This document shows, one piece after another, positions 1 through 11,567 of a stretch of DNA of 64,000 nt. Where the stretch lies: positions 1,024,001 to 1,088,000 of the forward strand of contig CAVSHF010000005.1 of the NCBI GenBank assembly GCA_963727805.1, given 5' to 3'. The first letter of the stretch is position 1; the number at the start of each line of letters is the position of its first letter. The notes beneath the pieces were generated by a model, which saw only the letters and a program-made list of their open reading frames with translations, was not told the origin of the DNA and made no database searches. Origin of the DNA: an uncultured Nitrospiraceae bacterium (GTDB lineage Bacteria; Nitrospirota; Thermodesulfovibrionia; Thermodesulfovibrionales; Dissulfurispiraceae). Made by a program: the position numbers and the translations under genes.

Positions 1-591
1 AATCGGCGGGAGGTGCCAGCGCTCTGCGAGAGCAGCCCCAACAGCACAGTGGTTAAAGCCGAGCGCTTCCTCCTCAACAGCAGAGAAAGGGCGACCGCTC
101 CGAATCGCCTCATCTTTCATTCGTTCATATTCTTCAGGAAGGCTCTCAAACAGTATTAACTTGCCAATATCATGCAGCAAACCCGCAACGACTGCAACTT
201 CCCGCCGAATCTCAGCCGCATCTACTTGGCCAGCAAGCTCGTTTGCTGCAGCTGAAACAGCAAGTAGATGGCGGATAACGTCTTTATTTATGTTGCCAGT
301 CATGCACTGATGCGTTAACGCTACAACAGACACCAAGGCTACCAGGTTGCTCAAACCGATGAACATGATGGTATCTGCGACGGAACTAATGGCCTTACCC
401 GACGCATAAAACGGCGCATTCACTATTTTCAGCACCTCGGCAGTTAGGGCAGGGTCACGATAGATAATTTCTTCCAGTTTTGTTACAGAGCATAAATCGT
501 CCTCAAGAGCTGCAATGATCTGGACAGCAGTGTCAGGCAAACCCGGGATATACAAATCTTCAAAGGAGATTTTTTTTTGAATATCGTCCAT
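1..591 (-). CDS. HDOD domain protein (3' end runs off the window)
   Basis: Manual translation from ATG at 591: MDDIQKKISFEDLYIPGLPDTAVQII...DPALTAEVLKIVNAPFY...AGLLHDIGKL...WHLPP, typical HDOD motifs; not in the ORF track because it is truncated by the edge. Confidence 0.85.
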   Translation of the reverse strand, partial: MDDIQKKISFEDLYIPGLPDTAVQIIAALEDDLCSVTKLEEIIYRDPALTAEVLKIVNAPFYASGKAISSVADTIMFIGLSNLVALVSVVALTHQCMTGNINKDVIRHLLAVSAAANELAGQVDAAEIRREVAVVAGLLHDIGKLILFESLPEEYERMKDEAIRSGRPFSAVEEEALGFNHCAVGAALAERWHLPPI

Positions 592-1308
592 TTTTTATTT
601 TACCCTATTTATTACATCACAATCGATGTCTTTTCCATGGTAGCCAAAATTCACGGGTTATCTATGGCGCTGACCGTTGTCCACGGCTGTGACCAACCAG
701 CAGGACATTCCCTATAATACCGCCGCCATCTTTTCGAGGGACTCATAAGTAAATCAATCCTATAATCGTTTGACTAAGAACTTGAGCGGGTGAATTGTAG
801 AAATAATCTCTGCTTCTGAGAGGTTGAAACAGTTTATGCCTTTAAAAAGTAATGATCAGCTTACTTTGCAATCGAAACTTCGCGAACTGCTCACCACTTA
901 ATCGCAGGAAATGGTTGTAGTGGGAGCCTCGCGATTCACAAACGCCAGCGTCTCGCTCTTGTGATTCAGTTTGTAGCATGTAATCAGTAATTATTACACC
1001 CAAGACGACATTACGCATTTGGGGCAGAGCATACCCTACCGATACAGTCCCCAGCTTTTATCACATAAGCAATCAGATTGGAGGGTTGCCTTAATAAGCA
1101 CAATGATGGCGCGATGATTGTCATAAAGAGAAGGCCCCGCGGAGCCAACTTACAGGAGTTGACTTCACACCTTTTTTCTTGTTAATCCTTTTTATTAGTG
1201 TTATTCTGTTCCTATGCTAAATCGAATTAATTTTCTGTCAGTTCAAATAGCTGTCATATCTCCTCTACAAAAGCCAAGACAAAGCCTAAAGGTAATGGAA
1301 TAAATTAC

Positions 1309-2484
1309 ATGATAAACCTAAGGCGTCAATTACCCTATAAGCCCACAGAAAGGATGAATGTCGTTAGCTATCCTATACGGGACATAGTGATGGAAGCGAA
1401 GCGCGAGGAGGCAAAGGGTAAGAAGATGATCTACTTAAACATCGGCGACCCGCCCCAATACGGCTTTAAGCCGTTCAACGTGATAGCAGAACGAGTGAAA
1501 AGCGCGCTTAACGAATCCTGGAAGGGCTATGCGCCTTCCGAAGGCGACGAGCAACTCCGAAGCACAGTAGCCAAGATTGAGAAGGGCAATCCTGACGATG
1601 TGTTTATCGTCGCTGGCCTCACAGAGGGGATAGACTTTTTCTTCCATTCGTTCATCGGGTTTGGAGAAAAGGTGCTACTTCCGAACCCGGTGTATCCGCT
1701 TTACCTGAGCAAGGCGAAACAGTTCGAAGGTGACAGTGTGTTCTACAGGCACGATGCTGAAGGTCAGATTGACTTAGAAAACCTGGAGAGAAAGATCGAC
1801 GGTGCGAAGGCCATGGTAATAATCAACCCCAATAATCCATTGGGCTCGGTCTATACTGAAAAGAACCTCTCAGAAGTTGTTAAACTCTGCGCCAAGTGTG
1901 ATGTCCCTATATTTTACGACGGATCTTACGACCAACTTATATTTGAGGGAAGCCAGGTAGACTTCAGGAAGATAGCCAGGAACAAGGTCCCTTTCATATA
2001 CGGGAGCTCGCTTTCCAAGGACTTCAGCTACCCTGGGGCAAGAATAGGATGGGTAGCCTTTCACGGAGATAGATGGGCAGAGGTCAAAAATGCTTTCTTT
2101 CTACTGTGTAACCAACGCCTTTCCGTGAATTGGGAGTTCCAGAAGGCGGCGTCGGCTGCGTTAATGGATCCATCATACCCGGCGTATGTTGCAGACATGA
2201 AGATAAAGCTTATGGAAAGGAGAAACACGTTTGTCAAGATGGCCCGAACACTACAGCTCTCATTCCCGGTTCCGAATGGCGCATTCTATGCATTCATGAA
2301 AATAGAAACCCCGAGGTGGAAGAAGGATTTGGAATTCATTCGGGCTGCACTTAAGGAGGGAGTTGTCTTCGTTCCTGGTTCTGGGTTCGGAAGACAGGAA
2401 GACGGAGTCTATTTTAGAAGCACGTTCCTGCCTGAGTCAGAAATAATAGAAGAGGCATTCGGAAAAATCCGGCGCTTACTTTGA
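1309..2484 (+). CDS. Class I/II PLP-dependent aminotransferase (AlaA/AspAT-like)
   Basis: LNIGDP, NPNNPLG, D..YD and SLSK..SYPGARIGW (PLP lysine) motifs. Confidence 0.9.
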   Translation: MINLRRQLPYKPTERMNVVSYPIRDIVMEAKREEAKGKKMIYLNIGDPPQYGFKPFNVIAERVKSALNESWKGYAPSEGDEQLRSTVAKIEKGNPDDVFIVAGLTEGIDFFFHSFIGFGEKVLLPNPVYPLYLSKAKQFEGDSVFYRHDAEGQIDLENLERKIDGAKAMVIINPNNPLGSVYTEKNLSEVVKLCAKCDVPIFYDGSYDQLIFEGSQVDFRKIARNKVPFIYGSSLSKDFSYPGARIGWVAFHGDRWAEVKNAFFLLCNQRLSVNWEFQKAASAALMDPSYPAYVADMKIKLMERRNTFVKMARTLQLSFPVPNGAFYAFMKIETPRWKKDLEFIRAALKEGVVFVPGSGFGRQEDGVYFRSTFLPESEIIEEAFGKIRRLL

Positions 2485-2913
2485 CCCCATGTATTTCTCA
2501 CGCGCCACGATATCTTCCTCATAATATTAGAATACAAACTTCGATTGTATATCCTTAATCTTGAGTTAACTGTCGGACTGAGGACTTGGAGATGTTCCCT
2601 GTTGCCTTTAGACCAGGCGGAAGCAAAGCTAGCACTCCAATAGCTATATAGGGCGCCCTACTTTAAGCTATTCCAAGGTCTTAACTGCGGAGATCAGATT
2701 CGGACAACATATTTCTATCACCGTTTTGGCATTAAAATACAATATCCTTTCCGCCTACTCTATTCTGAGATACCATTCAGCATTATTGAAGATTGAATGA
2801 CAACGGTGGTGACGATATAATCATACCAGAGGACGAGAAAGGTCGATAATTGCGTTATAGCAGAACTCGACCTGATTCGAGAGGCAGATGTTGCTGGCCG
2901 AGCGGAGGGAATC

Positions 2914-3705
2914 GTGGACCTAAAACTGAAAGGCAAACTGGCTCTAGTGTCTGGTAGCACCGCCGGAATTGGTTTCTCAATAGCAGAATCACTCGCCCGC
3001 GAAGGGACTCACGTTATCATTAACGGTCGATCACGAGATTCTGTGGAAGCGGCGCTTGCGCGACTGCGAAAAAAATTCAACTGTATACTTTTTGGCTTCG
3101 CGGGCGATCTAAGCACCGCGGACGCAGCAAACGAAGTTGCTCGAGAATACTCTGACGTAGAAATACTAGTCAATAATCTGGGCATTTACGAGCCGAGCCC
3201 CTTCGAGGATATCTCAGATGATGACTGGAGACGTCTCTTTGAGGTCAACGTTTTAAGCGGGGTGCGTCTTGCGCGGCTTTTTCTCCCAGCAATGAAGCAC
3301 GATGGTTGGGGACGCATCATCTTCATTTCCAGTGAGAGTGGCGTTCAGATTCCAGCCGAAATGATTCATTATGGCGTAACTAAAACGGCTGTGCTTGGGG
3401 TTGCTCGCGGATTGGCTGAGGCAGTTGCTGGTACAGGCATTACTGTCAATAGTATTCTTCCGGGGCCTACCAAATCTCGTGGGATAGTTGATTTTGTCGG
3501 GGCACTTGCAAAGACTGAAAACAAGTCTTTCGAAGAGTTTGAAAAAAAATTCTTCCGCGATATCCGACCCACATCACTCATCAAAAGATTTGCCTCGCCC
3601 GAGGAAGTTGCTTCCCTGGTGACTTATATCGCCAGCCCGCTCTCATCGGCTACTACAGGTGCCCCCTTGCGGGTCGATGGGGGGATAGTAAAAAGCGTCT
3701 TCTAG
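2914..3705 (+). CDS. Short-chain dehydrogenase/reductase
   Basis: SGSTAGIG, NNLG, YxxxK (YGVTK); GGAGGG SD before GTG. Confidence 0.92.
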   Translation: MDLKLKGKLALVSGSTAGIGFSIAESLAREGTHVIINGRSRDSVEAALARLRKKFNCILFGFAGDLSTADAANEVAREYSDVEILVNNLGIYEPSPFEDISDDDWRRLFEVNVLSGVRLARLFLPAMKHDGWGRIIFISSESGVQIPAEMIHYGVTKTAVLGVARGLAEAVAGTGITVNSILPGPTKSRGIVDFVGALAKTENKSFEEFEKKFFRDIRPTSLIKRFASPEEVASLVTYIASPLSSATTGAPLRVDGGIVKSVF

Positions 3706-3768
3706 GCCAAGATACGCTAAGAGGATATTGCCTATCCCTTAAGCTGATTGCCGGAAAGGAGTTGTTCT

Positions 3769-4500
3769 GTGGACGAATTGACAGGAAAAGTGGCGCTTGT
3801 GACAGGAGCAAGCCGCGGAATCGGACGAGCGATCGCCGTTGCGCTTGCCAGAGCGGGTGTTAATGTCGCAATCAACTACCTGAGTCGTGATAAAGAAGCA
3901 CATGAGGTAATTTCACAGATTAGGGAGCTCGGTCGTCTTGCTGTGGCAGTTAAAGCTGATGTGGCCGTATCGGTTGACATCCAACACATTATATGCATTA
4001 TAGAGAAAGAACTCGGCATGCCATCTATTCTTGTAAACAATGCCGGAATCGGCGTGGCACATTCACTTGAAGACATAACTGAAAAAGATTGGAACAACAC
4101 AATTGCTGTGAATCTCACATCGGCATTTCTGACAATTCAAGCGATTCTTCCTGGAATGCGCGCCCTGAAATGGGGCCGTATCATTAGCATTTCGTCAGTC
4201 GCGGCTCAGCTAGGAGGTGTTGTCGGCCCCCATTATGCAGCCTCAAAAGCTGGTATTCTGGGATTGACACATTACTACGCTGCTCACCTAGCAAAGGAAG
4301 GCATTACAGTTAATGCAATCGCTCCCGGCCCGATATGCACCGAAATGGTCTCCGGACTCGGTCAATTGAAGCCCGATCTAATCCCGGTGGGACGTTTTGG
4401 GACGGTGGATGAGGTCGCTGATGTTGCTATTATGCTTGCTCGTAATGGCTATATCACCGGACAAACGCTCAATATTAATGGGGGAAGATACCTGAGCTGA
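3769..4500 (+). CDS. FabG-like short-chain dehydrogenase/reductase
   Basis: TGASRGIG, NNAG, YAASK; start moved to GTG 3769 after AAGGAG. Confidence 0.9.
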   Translation: MDELTGKVALVTGASRGIGRAIAVALARAGVNVAINYLSRDKEAHEVISQIRELGRLAVAVKADVAVSVDIQHIICIIEKELGMPSILVNNAGIGVAHSLEDITEKDWNNTIAVNLTSAFLTIQAILPGMRALKWGRIISISSVAAQLGGVVGPHYAASKAGILGLTHYYAAHLAKEGITVNAIAPGPICTEMVSGLGQLKPDLIPVGRFGTVDEVADVAIMLARNGYITGQTLNINGGRYLS

Positions 4501-4722
4501 TTCCTCTGAAACAAGTTTTTTTGTTGCGCTCCTATGCCTTAAATGCGCACTTCTGTTTTTCTAGCTGGTCTAGCGGCGTGAGTAGGTCTCTTTAGCTGTG
4601 ATTGCTTAGCTCGAAATTCAATATCTATAAATTCAAGACTTTTGGCAATTTCCGGGCAGGGCATCTCCACCTTGCGTTATGTAGATAATATCTGTCGGCA
4701 TTTTTAAGGTCGGATGGATTGC

Positions 4723-5166
4723 CTACGCTTTGGGGAATGACGGAATTCTTGTTTTCCTTCTGATCCAGACAACGAACGCTAGAGAACAACCTACCATTCT
4801 GGCAATAGAGACATCAGCATATTTCGGTAACAACTTCACAATACGGTTGGCAAGCGGCGTGTTGAGGTCCCACGAAAAAGAAAATACGTATGCAGGTACA
4901 GTCCCTTTATCGATATAAGTTTTTACTGTGTCACTCGTGACAACTGAACCGACCATTTCCAGCACTCGTTCTCGCGGGAAAGATGACTGTAATTCTTGAA
5001 GCAAGGCAAGTCGCGTTCCCAGGCTCTGTCGCGATGTTCCCTCTCTAAGCCATCTTTCGACTGTAACAGGAGTCACTCCGAGAAGCTCTGCAAACGCCTC
5101 GTTCGAGAGCATAAGTCTCGTTTGGATGCTGCGGACATCTTGGGCTGAGAAAAAAAAGCCGGACAT
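4723..5166 (-). CDS. XRE-type helix-turn-helix protein with a second HTH-like C-terminal segment
   Basis: LSNEAFAELLGVTPVTVERW; C-terminal DVSIARMVGCSLAFVVWIRRK. Confidence 0.6.
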   Translation of the reverse strand: MSGFFFSAQDVRSIQTRLMLSNEAFAELLGVTPVTVERWLREGTSRQSLGTRLALLQELQSSFPRERVLEMVGSVVTSDTVKTYIDKGTVPAYVFSFSWDLNTPLANRIVKLLPKYADVSIARMVGCSLAFVVWIRRKTRIPSFPKA

Positions 5167-5192
5167 TGGTTAGTTTACCTTCAAGGAGGCCA

Positions 5193-5771
5193 CTATAGCG
5201 CCATCCTGATCGATACCATCATGCCATTTGCAAGAACGGAAGAACTGCCCTTCGTGTTAAGTGTCATGGAATCCATTTGATATCGTCCCCAATCATTGTT
5301 TGCCTTCAAACTGCTGCTGGCAACAATGCTTGGATTGTCCCCGACAACAATGATTGGAATCATTCTAGACTGTGAGTAATCTTTAGGGTTCGGTCCGGAG
5401 TCAGTACTGGTGACGCTGAGCCTTCTCTCTATGCCGATTCCCTCATCCGTCATGATATTTTGCTCCTTGTCAGTTTTGTGAACCGATGATTGCCGCATTG
5501 GAATTTGTACGATGCCGGAGTTGGTGCTATTAACTGGCGCAGAGGTATCAGCAGTCTCGGTAACGGAGGTTGATTCATTTGAAGAGTGGAGTTGATATGC
5601 CAATTTTTGAGCACTTTCTATAGAGCCACCTGCTGCGCTTTGAATGTATGCAAGTGACACGATAAAAAAGAAGATACCCAAAATACTTTTATTAAGAACC
5701 GCGATCCATACAATACCTTGATATTTCAATCCTGTTTTCCTCAATATTCTCATATGTTCTATAAAATACAC
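5193..5771 (-). CDS. Hypothetical membrane-anchored or exported protein
   Basis: 192-aa ORF, N-terminal hydrophobic segment, Ser/Thr-rich middle; start uncertain. Confidence 0.45.
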   Translation of the reverse strand: MYFIEHMRILRKTGLKYQGIVWIAVLNKSILGIFFFIVSLAYIQSAAGGSIESAQKLAYQLHSSNESTSVTETADTSAPVNSTNSGIVQIPMRQSSVHKTDKEQNIMTDEGIGIERRLSVTSTDSGPNPKDYSQSRMIPIIVVGDNPSIVASSSLKANNDWGRYQMDSMTLNTKGSSSVLANGMMVSIRMAL

Positions 5772-6220
5772 AGCATTTTATAACTGCATACAGTGCATTG
5801 CTTGACCATTCACTTACACCTATGCATTATTATTTTGACCTATGATTATGAAAATTCAATTAACAATTTATTAAAACTTCTTAATTCAGAATCTCGCTTA
5901 TTTTGCGGAGATACGAAGGACAAGAGAAAACCCACTTGCTCTTTCTCATATCGGCATCTGTAACTGTGGTAGCCATCAATCCCGAGATAATAGCTATACT
6001 AAGGATTTAGTGGAGGAGTTATGGAAACTCTGCAAGATAGTTACGCGTGAAAAACTCGGCTGCAAGTATGCTATATAGACCTATTGTAAAACTATTGATT
6101 TACAGTTAGGATCCGCACTATACTGAAAGCGGCATAAAGTTATGCATGATAGAAAAATCTTCATCATGTTTTTACACTAAAGAGGACTGACTTAAGAACT
6201 TTTTAAAGAAAAGGAGAGTC

Positions 6221-7930
6221 ATGACGAGCGTGGACAAAATGGGAACTGAGAAGTGGTCAAAATTTATGAGGAGATTTATTATCTCAGCATCTTTTCTTAT
6301 TTTATTCCAGACAGTTGTTTTTTTAATGTTTTACATCGACCAGAAAACGGCAGCCTATCTATACTTATATGGCCTGTCACTCGTGGCTACAGCCTCTGCG
6401 ATTGCATATCTTTACTTGTCTGTTGTAAAGCCAGCAAGCCATATCGCCACGTTAATAAATGTTTTTTCAGCGGAGGAAAGACCTCTTTCAATGGAAGAAC
6501 TTGAGACATTCAACGATGAGACTAAAGAAATGGCAAATGCCTTAATCGACATTACCGAAAAACCAAAGCACACCATAGCGGCTAATTTGAACAAGACAAT
6601 GAAAGTGGCTAACAAATCGGCAAATGTGATAAGACGCATAAAAGGAACTGCCACTGGTGCAAACAAACAGAGCGACCTTACGGATGTGATATTCAACCTA
6701 AGCAACACTGCTAGCTCTGCCATAACAGATATTGCGAAGAATGCCCAGTCAATTTCTGCCTCAACATCACAGAACCTTCAAACCGCTAAAGATTCTCTTC
6801 AAGAATTAGTCAATGTTACGGGAGAAGTGAGCAAGATCAATGTAAAGCTTTCAAGTTTCACCGAAACCGTAATGACATTAAGCAAGAATTCTGAAAGCAT
6901 ACGGCAGATCGTATCGTTAATAAAAGACATTTCTGACCAGACCAACCTATTGGCGCTTAACGCAGCCATCGAGGCCGCCCGCGCGGGTGAGCAGGGCAGG
7001 GGATTTGCGGTTGTTGCAGATGAGGTCAGGAAACTCGCCGAGAGGGTGAATGCCGCGACCGGAGATATCTCTGGCAACATAAATGAAATGGGTAAACAGG
7101 TGTCAAGTACGCTATCTGAAATAAAGGGGATCAACGAGTACACAGTCCATCTAAGAGATGTAGTGGAAAAGACTTCGGATAATTTCAAAGGGATGTTATC
7201 GGACTTTGAAAACAACAGCGCTCAGATCAATGGTATTACAGAAGCAATTGAAAATCTTTCCCAGACCAATGAGGATATTCATGGGAAAGCATCTGAAATA
7301 CGCACCTTGAGTATGCAGACAACACAGCAGATGAATGAATCGGAATCATACTCCTCCGACCTGTTTAATATTGCTGAGGAGATGCAGGAGGACCTGTCTT
7401 CATTTATGATCGGTACGGGCCTTGTTCAGGATGTAATTAATAAGACAATCGGATATAGAAATATCTTTCAGGACAGGATTAATGCGTATTACAGCAAAGG
7501 AATAAATGTTTTCGATACAAATTACAGGGAGATACCCAACAGTAATCCGAAGCGTTACAAAACCGCATATGATGATATAGTTGAGAAGGATCTGCAACCT
7601 CTTTATGATAAGGCACTTTCTGATATCCAGGGTGCTCTTTACGTTCTTTGCGTCGACGAGAACGGATATGCACCAAGCCATAATAGCAAGTTTTCAAAAA
7701 CGCCGACAGGGAATTATGACATCGACCTGTTAAACTGCAGAGACAAAAGGAAGTTCAGTGACAAAGTTGGCATAGCATTAGCGAAAAATACCAGGCCGTT
7801 TCTGCTCCAGACATATATGAGAGATACCGGAGAAACAGTAAATGATTTTTCAATGCCTATTTTTGTAGCGGGTAGACATTGGGGTGCTGTCAGAATAGGC
7901 GCACTGGCATCAGTCTTGGGAACGGAATAA
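6221..7930 (+). CDS. Methyl-accepting chemotaxis protein with C-terminal extension
   Basis: Two N-terminal TM helices; [36 protein letters not shown] signature; AAGGAG SD. Confidence 0.95.
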   Translation: MTSVDKMGTEKWSKFMRRFIISASFLILFQTVVFLMFYIDQKTAAYLYLYGLSLVATASAIAYLYLSVVKPASHIATLINVFSAEERPLSMEELETFNDETKEMANALIDITEKPKHTIAANLNKTMKVANKSANVIRRIKGTATGANKQSDLTDVIFNLSNTASSAITDIAKNAQSISASTSQNLQTAKDSLQELVNVTGEVSKINVKLSSFTETVMTLSKNSESIRQIVSLIKDISDQTNLLALNAAIEAARAGEQGRGFAVVADEVRKLAERVNAATGDISGNINEMGKQVSSTLSEIKGINEYTVHLRDVVEKTSDNFKGMLSDFENNSAQINGITEAIENLSQTNEDIHGKASEIRTLSMQTTQQMNESESYSSDLFNIAEEMQEDLSSFMIGTGLVQDVINKTIGYRNIFQDRINAYYSKGINVFDTNYREIPNSNPKRYKTAYDDIVEKDLQPLYDKALSDIQGALYVLCVDENGYAPSHNSKFSKTPTGNYDIDLLNCRDKRKFSDKVGIALAKNTRPFLLQTYMRDTGETVNDFSMPIFVAGRHWGAVRIGALASVLGTE

Positions 7931-8677
7931 AACTGCCCGATTGAAACAGATGAGCTACAGGATCCACCCCGCTGGGCTCTGCAATAACGTAATCGGCCAA
8001 GCAATATCAAGACTGAGGACGTAATAGCATGTTTATCAAGTGGTTAGGGGCTCGGAGAATAGGTCTAAGCCGTCGCGATGAAAAACATATGGCAGTTATA
8101 TTAACAAACACTATTACGCTAACCACAGGACATACTTTTGTCTTTCACGATCTCACCGTTGCTAGCCTCGCCCAAAGAGTTAGTGATGCGCTGCCGTGCA
8201 AGCTTTTCTCCGTAATATTCACTATTGTAGCAAAATGCCGTATACAAGATAGCAAGAAAGAAATGGTGCAACAATGTCTTCATTGCTTAAATGCGGTAGA
8301 AAGCGTTCCAATAGTTCGTATTCTGGTAATAAAGATCATTCGGAGAATTTCTTGCTTTTTGACAGTGATTGAGGTCCAGATTTGCAAATAATGATCATCT
8401 GAAATGAACGGGAACTGGTGCCCATTTATTTTCCGGCTTATAAAATTAGGTTTATTTTTCTTCTATTGGATATACAGACACAACGTCAGTTTACCTTAAA
8501 AATATAATCGAAGTATAAAATAATGCTTTCTAAAATATTAAAGTCCATCAACCCGTTTACGAAGATATATTTAACGTCACTGAATGGAGCATGGACATGA
8601 ATGGCATCGAAATATGAGTAAAACATGATAACTCATGATACAGAGGACACACCCAGCAGCTACCCTATTCAAGAAAC

Positions 8678-8718
8678 AAAAAGGCCGCTGCAAGGACTTT
8701 CCTCTCAGCAGGCCTTTT
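8678..8718. terminator. Bidirectional intrinsic terminator after the cytochrome gene
   Basis: AAAAAGGCC-GCTG...CAGC-AGGCCTTTT inverted repeat. Confidence 0.6.
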
Positions 8719-8743
8719 CTCGGTCTTTGCTGTTTTGTTCTCG

Positions 8744-9133
8744 CTACTTCTTAGCCTGTTTCGACGCTTTATTGAACCCCTTTGTCCCGATATGACATCT
8801 GGCGCACTGGGTATCCGAGGCGAATGCCATGCCGTCCTTTGCATGGCATGTTCCACAGTATTTCTTGTCATAGAGACCCTTCATATTGAAATCAGGCTTA
8901 TTCTGAGCACTCAATGCTTCCATCTGAAAGATCTTCTCATGGCATGCATTGCAATCAAGCCCCATGGCTGCATGACTCTTATGGCTGAACAACACTGATT
9001 TCACAGGCTTGCCATAGATAATCTCCCCGCCTCCGATCGTTTCATCTTCTGCAATGCTCCGTCCCTCATACACGGTCATCATCACCGCAACGGCGAGCAA
9101 AATAATTAACACAGATATATGTTTCATGCGCAC
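8744..9133 (-). CDS. Periplasmic triheme c7-type cytochrome c
   Basis: Signal peptide; FSHKSH; three CxxCH (CNACH, CGTCH, CARCH). Confidence 0.92.
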   Translation of the reverse strand: MRMKHISVLIILLAVAVMMTVYEGRSIAEDETIGGGEIIYGKPVKSVLFSHKSHAAMGLDCNACHEKIFQMEALSAQNKPDFNMKGLYDKKYCGTCHAKDGMAFASDTQCARCHIGTKGFNKASKQAKK

Positions 9134-9157
9134 TGGGTACCCTCCCTCCTCATTTTA

Positions 9158-9913
9158 CTAACCTTTTGTGTAAAAAACATTCGGCTTTGCTCCGGCTTCA
9201 GGCCTCAATACCCATACCGTCTTTTCGAGGTTATGCACCGTCCGGAATACCTCGCTCCCTGAATCCGAAAGGTCTCCAAAGGTCCTGCATTTCGCCGGAC
9301 ATGCTTCAGCGCATGCAGTCAACTTCTCACCTTTGGAAAGCCGCGAGTTGAAGCAGAAATCGCATTTATCGACTGCTCTCGTCTCCTCATTAAAATACCG
9401 GGCGTTGTACGGGCAGGCCGCCAGGCAGGTCTTGCACCCAATGCACTTTTTTGACTCCATCATAACGATGCCGGTCGTTGGGCTCTTGTACGTTGCCTTT
9501 GTCGGACATCCGGTTACACAAGGAGGATTATTGCACTGGTTACACAGCACCGGGATGAATTCCCTGGACCTCTCCACCGCCTTGCGGTCCTCACGCTCCA
9601 GTATCCGCGTCCTGTATCCATAGGTCGGAACATTGTTCGTCTTGGCACAAACCGTCGTACACACTTCGCAGTCGATACAGCGGTCCTGATGTACAACCAT
9701 ACTGTAATGAGGCTTGTACGGATACTGTTCTGTAAACTCGCGGGTCGACGCAAAGGCCTTTCCAACTATCGAAGTCGCCGAAAGAATGCTCCCCCCCGCA
9801 AAAACCCCGGTGATCAGCAGGCCGAGTTTCAGAAAGTCACGCCTTTCAAGTGAGGGTATGATTTCGGGACTCTCCCGCTTCATACCGTCTATGTTTATTT
9901 TTTTGGATATCAT
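9158..9913 (-). CDS. NrfC/PsrB/TtrB-like 4Fe-4S protein with Tat-like signal
   Basis: ERRDFLK; CIDCEVC..C, CNQCNNPPC..CP, CIGCKTC..CP, KCDFC; start moved to ATG 9913 after GGAGGA. Confidence 0.9.
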   Translation of the reverse strand: MISKKINIDGMKRESPEIIPSLERRDFLKLGLLITGVFAGGSILSATSIVGKAFASTREFTEQYPYKPHYSMVVHQDRCIDCEVCTTVCAKTNNVPTYGYRTRILEREDRKAVERSREFIPVLCNQCNNPPCVTGCPTKATYKSPTTGIVMMESKKCIGCKTCLAACPYNARYFNEETRAVDKCDFCFNSRLSKGEKLTACAEACPAKCRTFGDLSDSGSEVFRTVHNLEKTVWVLRPEAGAKPNVFYTKG

Positions 9914-9941
9914 CTCATATCCTCCATTGCCAATATCAGTC

Positions 9942-11165
9942 TCAGTGGATTTCACTCTTGTGCCCGCTAAACACTTTTTCGCCTAGCAGGAAAGTGAGGC
10001 CTACGAATCCCATGCCCCCAAGCACGATCATAATCTCATGGGCCGACGGCGTGTAGGTAAGAAGCTGCGAATATTCGTTGACTCCCATCTCATAATACAC
10101 CGGAACAAGCTGTCCCACGATTACAAGATCGTATCTCATGAAGAAGATACCGAAGATCATCAGGGCCGATGCCGTTACGATCATTTTGAGGTTCTGTCCT
10201 CGCGACAGTATGAACAGTGCCAGCGGAATCACCATGCCCGCCGCTACCTCTAGACCCCAGAAGTTGAACGCATAGCTGCCGGTCAGTAGCAGCTCCAGCG
10301 CTGCCGTCTTGGCTTCTCCACCCACAAAGCCGGTAATGAACTTCCAGGCCGTGAAGAACAGGATCACCGAGATGAGAAGAATCCCAACCTTCGTCGTCAC
10401 CTGCAGTGCCTTTTTCATTAAACCATCCATCTTTTGACCGTTGACCTTGTAAGCCAGCCACGTGAAAAAGATGATCGTGGCTGCTCCAGACATCATGGCA
10501 GATGCGATGAAGTAAATCGGCATGTAAGGTCCATACCAGAATTCCCGGCCATGGAGCATTCCGAAAACCGCGCCCAAATTGCTATGTGCCGCAATACCTG
10601 CAACAACCCCCATAAATCCAACTATAGTGGCTATCCGCGGTTTGTTTATCACAAGAAACGTGAATTCTACCGCCATAAACAACATATAAGCTCCATAGAG
10701 AGTTCCCATCCACCAGATGTTAGAGGTCAAATTCGGCGAAATAACATTGTAGATCGCCATCCTCAATGGATTCTCAATCTCAAACGCTATGACGAAAAAG
10801 CCCGCCATAATCGTCATAATCGATAGAAATATAGCCCTCTTTGCTATAGGCATAAAATCCTTCACTCCAAATACATGCCCTATGGAAGATACAAGACACA
10901 ATCCCGTAGAGGTTACAACAAAGAAAACATATGTCGAAATCAAAATACCCCAGGGCACTTCCCTCGATGCCCCATAAGCATGCATTGTGCCGACATACTG
11001 CGCATGAATCCCCGCAGCTACAGCGGTAAGTAAAAGAAGCCCTGAGATGATTAGTGCTGCATAGTAACCTTTTGTCCCCTGAAGGCTCTGTAATACTCCA
11101 GCGGTTCCCGCTCTCCAACCGGTTAGTACTGCAGCGTCAGCAGTCTTTGTGACATCTTCAGCCAT
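9942..11165 (-). CDS. NrfD/PsrC-family integral membrane quinol-interacting subunit
   Basis: VPWGILISTYVFFV..STGLC, SPNLTSNIWWMGTLY, RYDLVIVGQ; multiple TM helices. Confidence 0.9.
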   Translation of the reverse strand: MAEDVTKTADAAVLTGWRAGTAGVLQSLQGTKGYYAALIISGLLLLTAVAAGIHAQYVGTMHAYGASREVPWGILISTYVFFVVTSTGLCLVSSIGHVFGVKDFMPIAKRAIFLSIMTIMAGFFVIAFEIENPLRMAIYNVISPNLTSNIWWMGTLYGAYMLFMAVEFTFLVINKPRIATIVGFMGVVAGIAAHSNLGAVFGMLHGREFWYGPYMPIYFIASAMMSGAATIIFFTWLAYKVNGQKMDGLMKKALQVTTKVGILLISVILFFTAWKFITGFVGGEAKTAALELLLTGSYAFNFWGLEVAAGMVIPLALFILSRGQNLKMIVTASALMIFGIFFMRYDLVIVGQLVPVYYEMGVNEYSQLLTYTPSAHEIMIVLGGMGFVGLTFLLGEKVFSGHKSEIH

Positions 11166-11196
11166 TTCCCTTTCCTCCTTTATCTTCTGTCTCTAT

Positions 11197-11529
11197 TTAA
11201 CTCTTTTTCTCTTTTACCGTCAGTCCTACTTGCGCCGTCTTGCCTGCTCTTACCGTATCCGCAACGGTTCCCGTCAACCACCCTATGATCGATATGCCAA
11301 CCACAAATACAAATCCCGTTACCAAAACCGCCAGTACCATCGAAAGACCTACCAGCATCCTGGGTACAAGCTCCATGCCAAGCGGTGTCCCAAAAAGATG
11401 TCCCGCGATCTTCAATCCTAAAACACCACCAATAAATGAACTCGGCAGCAACCCGATTATCGCAAACAGTACCAAGCCTGCTACCGCCCCTGAATAAAGT
11501 CCCTTTCTTGCTATGTTGCCTGTTTTCAT
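11197..11529 (-). CDS. Small Gly-rich membrane protein (paralog 2)
   Basis: MKTGNIARKGLYSGAVAGLVLFAIIGLLPSSFIGGVLGL; start taken at MKT after AAGGAG. Confidence 0.8.
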   Translation of the reverse strand: MKTGNIARKGLYSGAVAGLVLFAIIGLLPSSFIGGVLGLKIAGHLFGTPLGMELVPRMLVGLSMVLAVLVTGFVFVVGISIIGWLTGTVADTVRAGKTAQVGLTVKEKKS

Positions 11530-11567
11530 AACCCACACTCCTTTCATATATAATTGCGTTGAAATAG

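Noticed and set aside
8029..8391. 120-aa ORF after the MCP
   Set aside because: No recognisable motif, weak SD; probably spurious.
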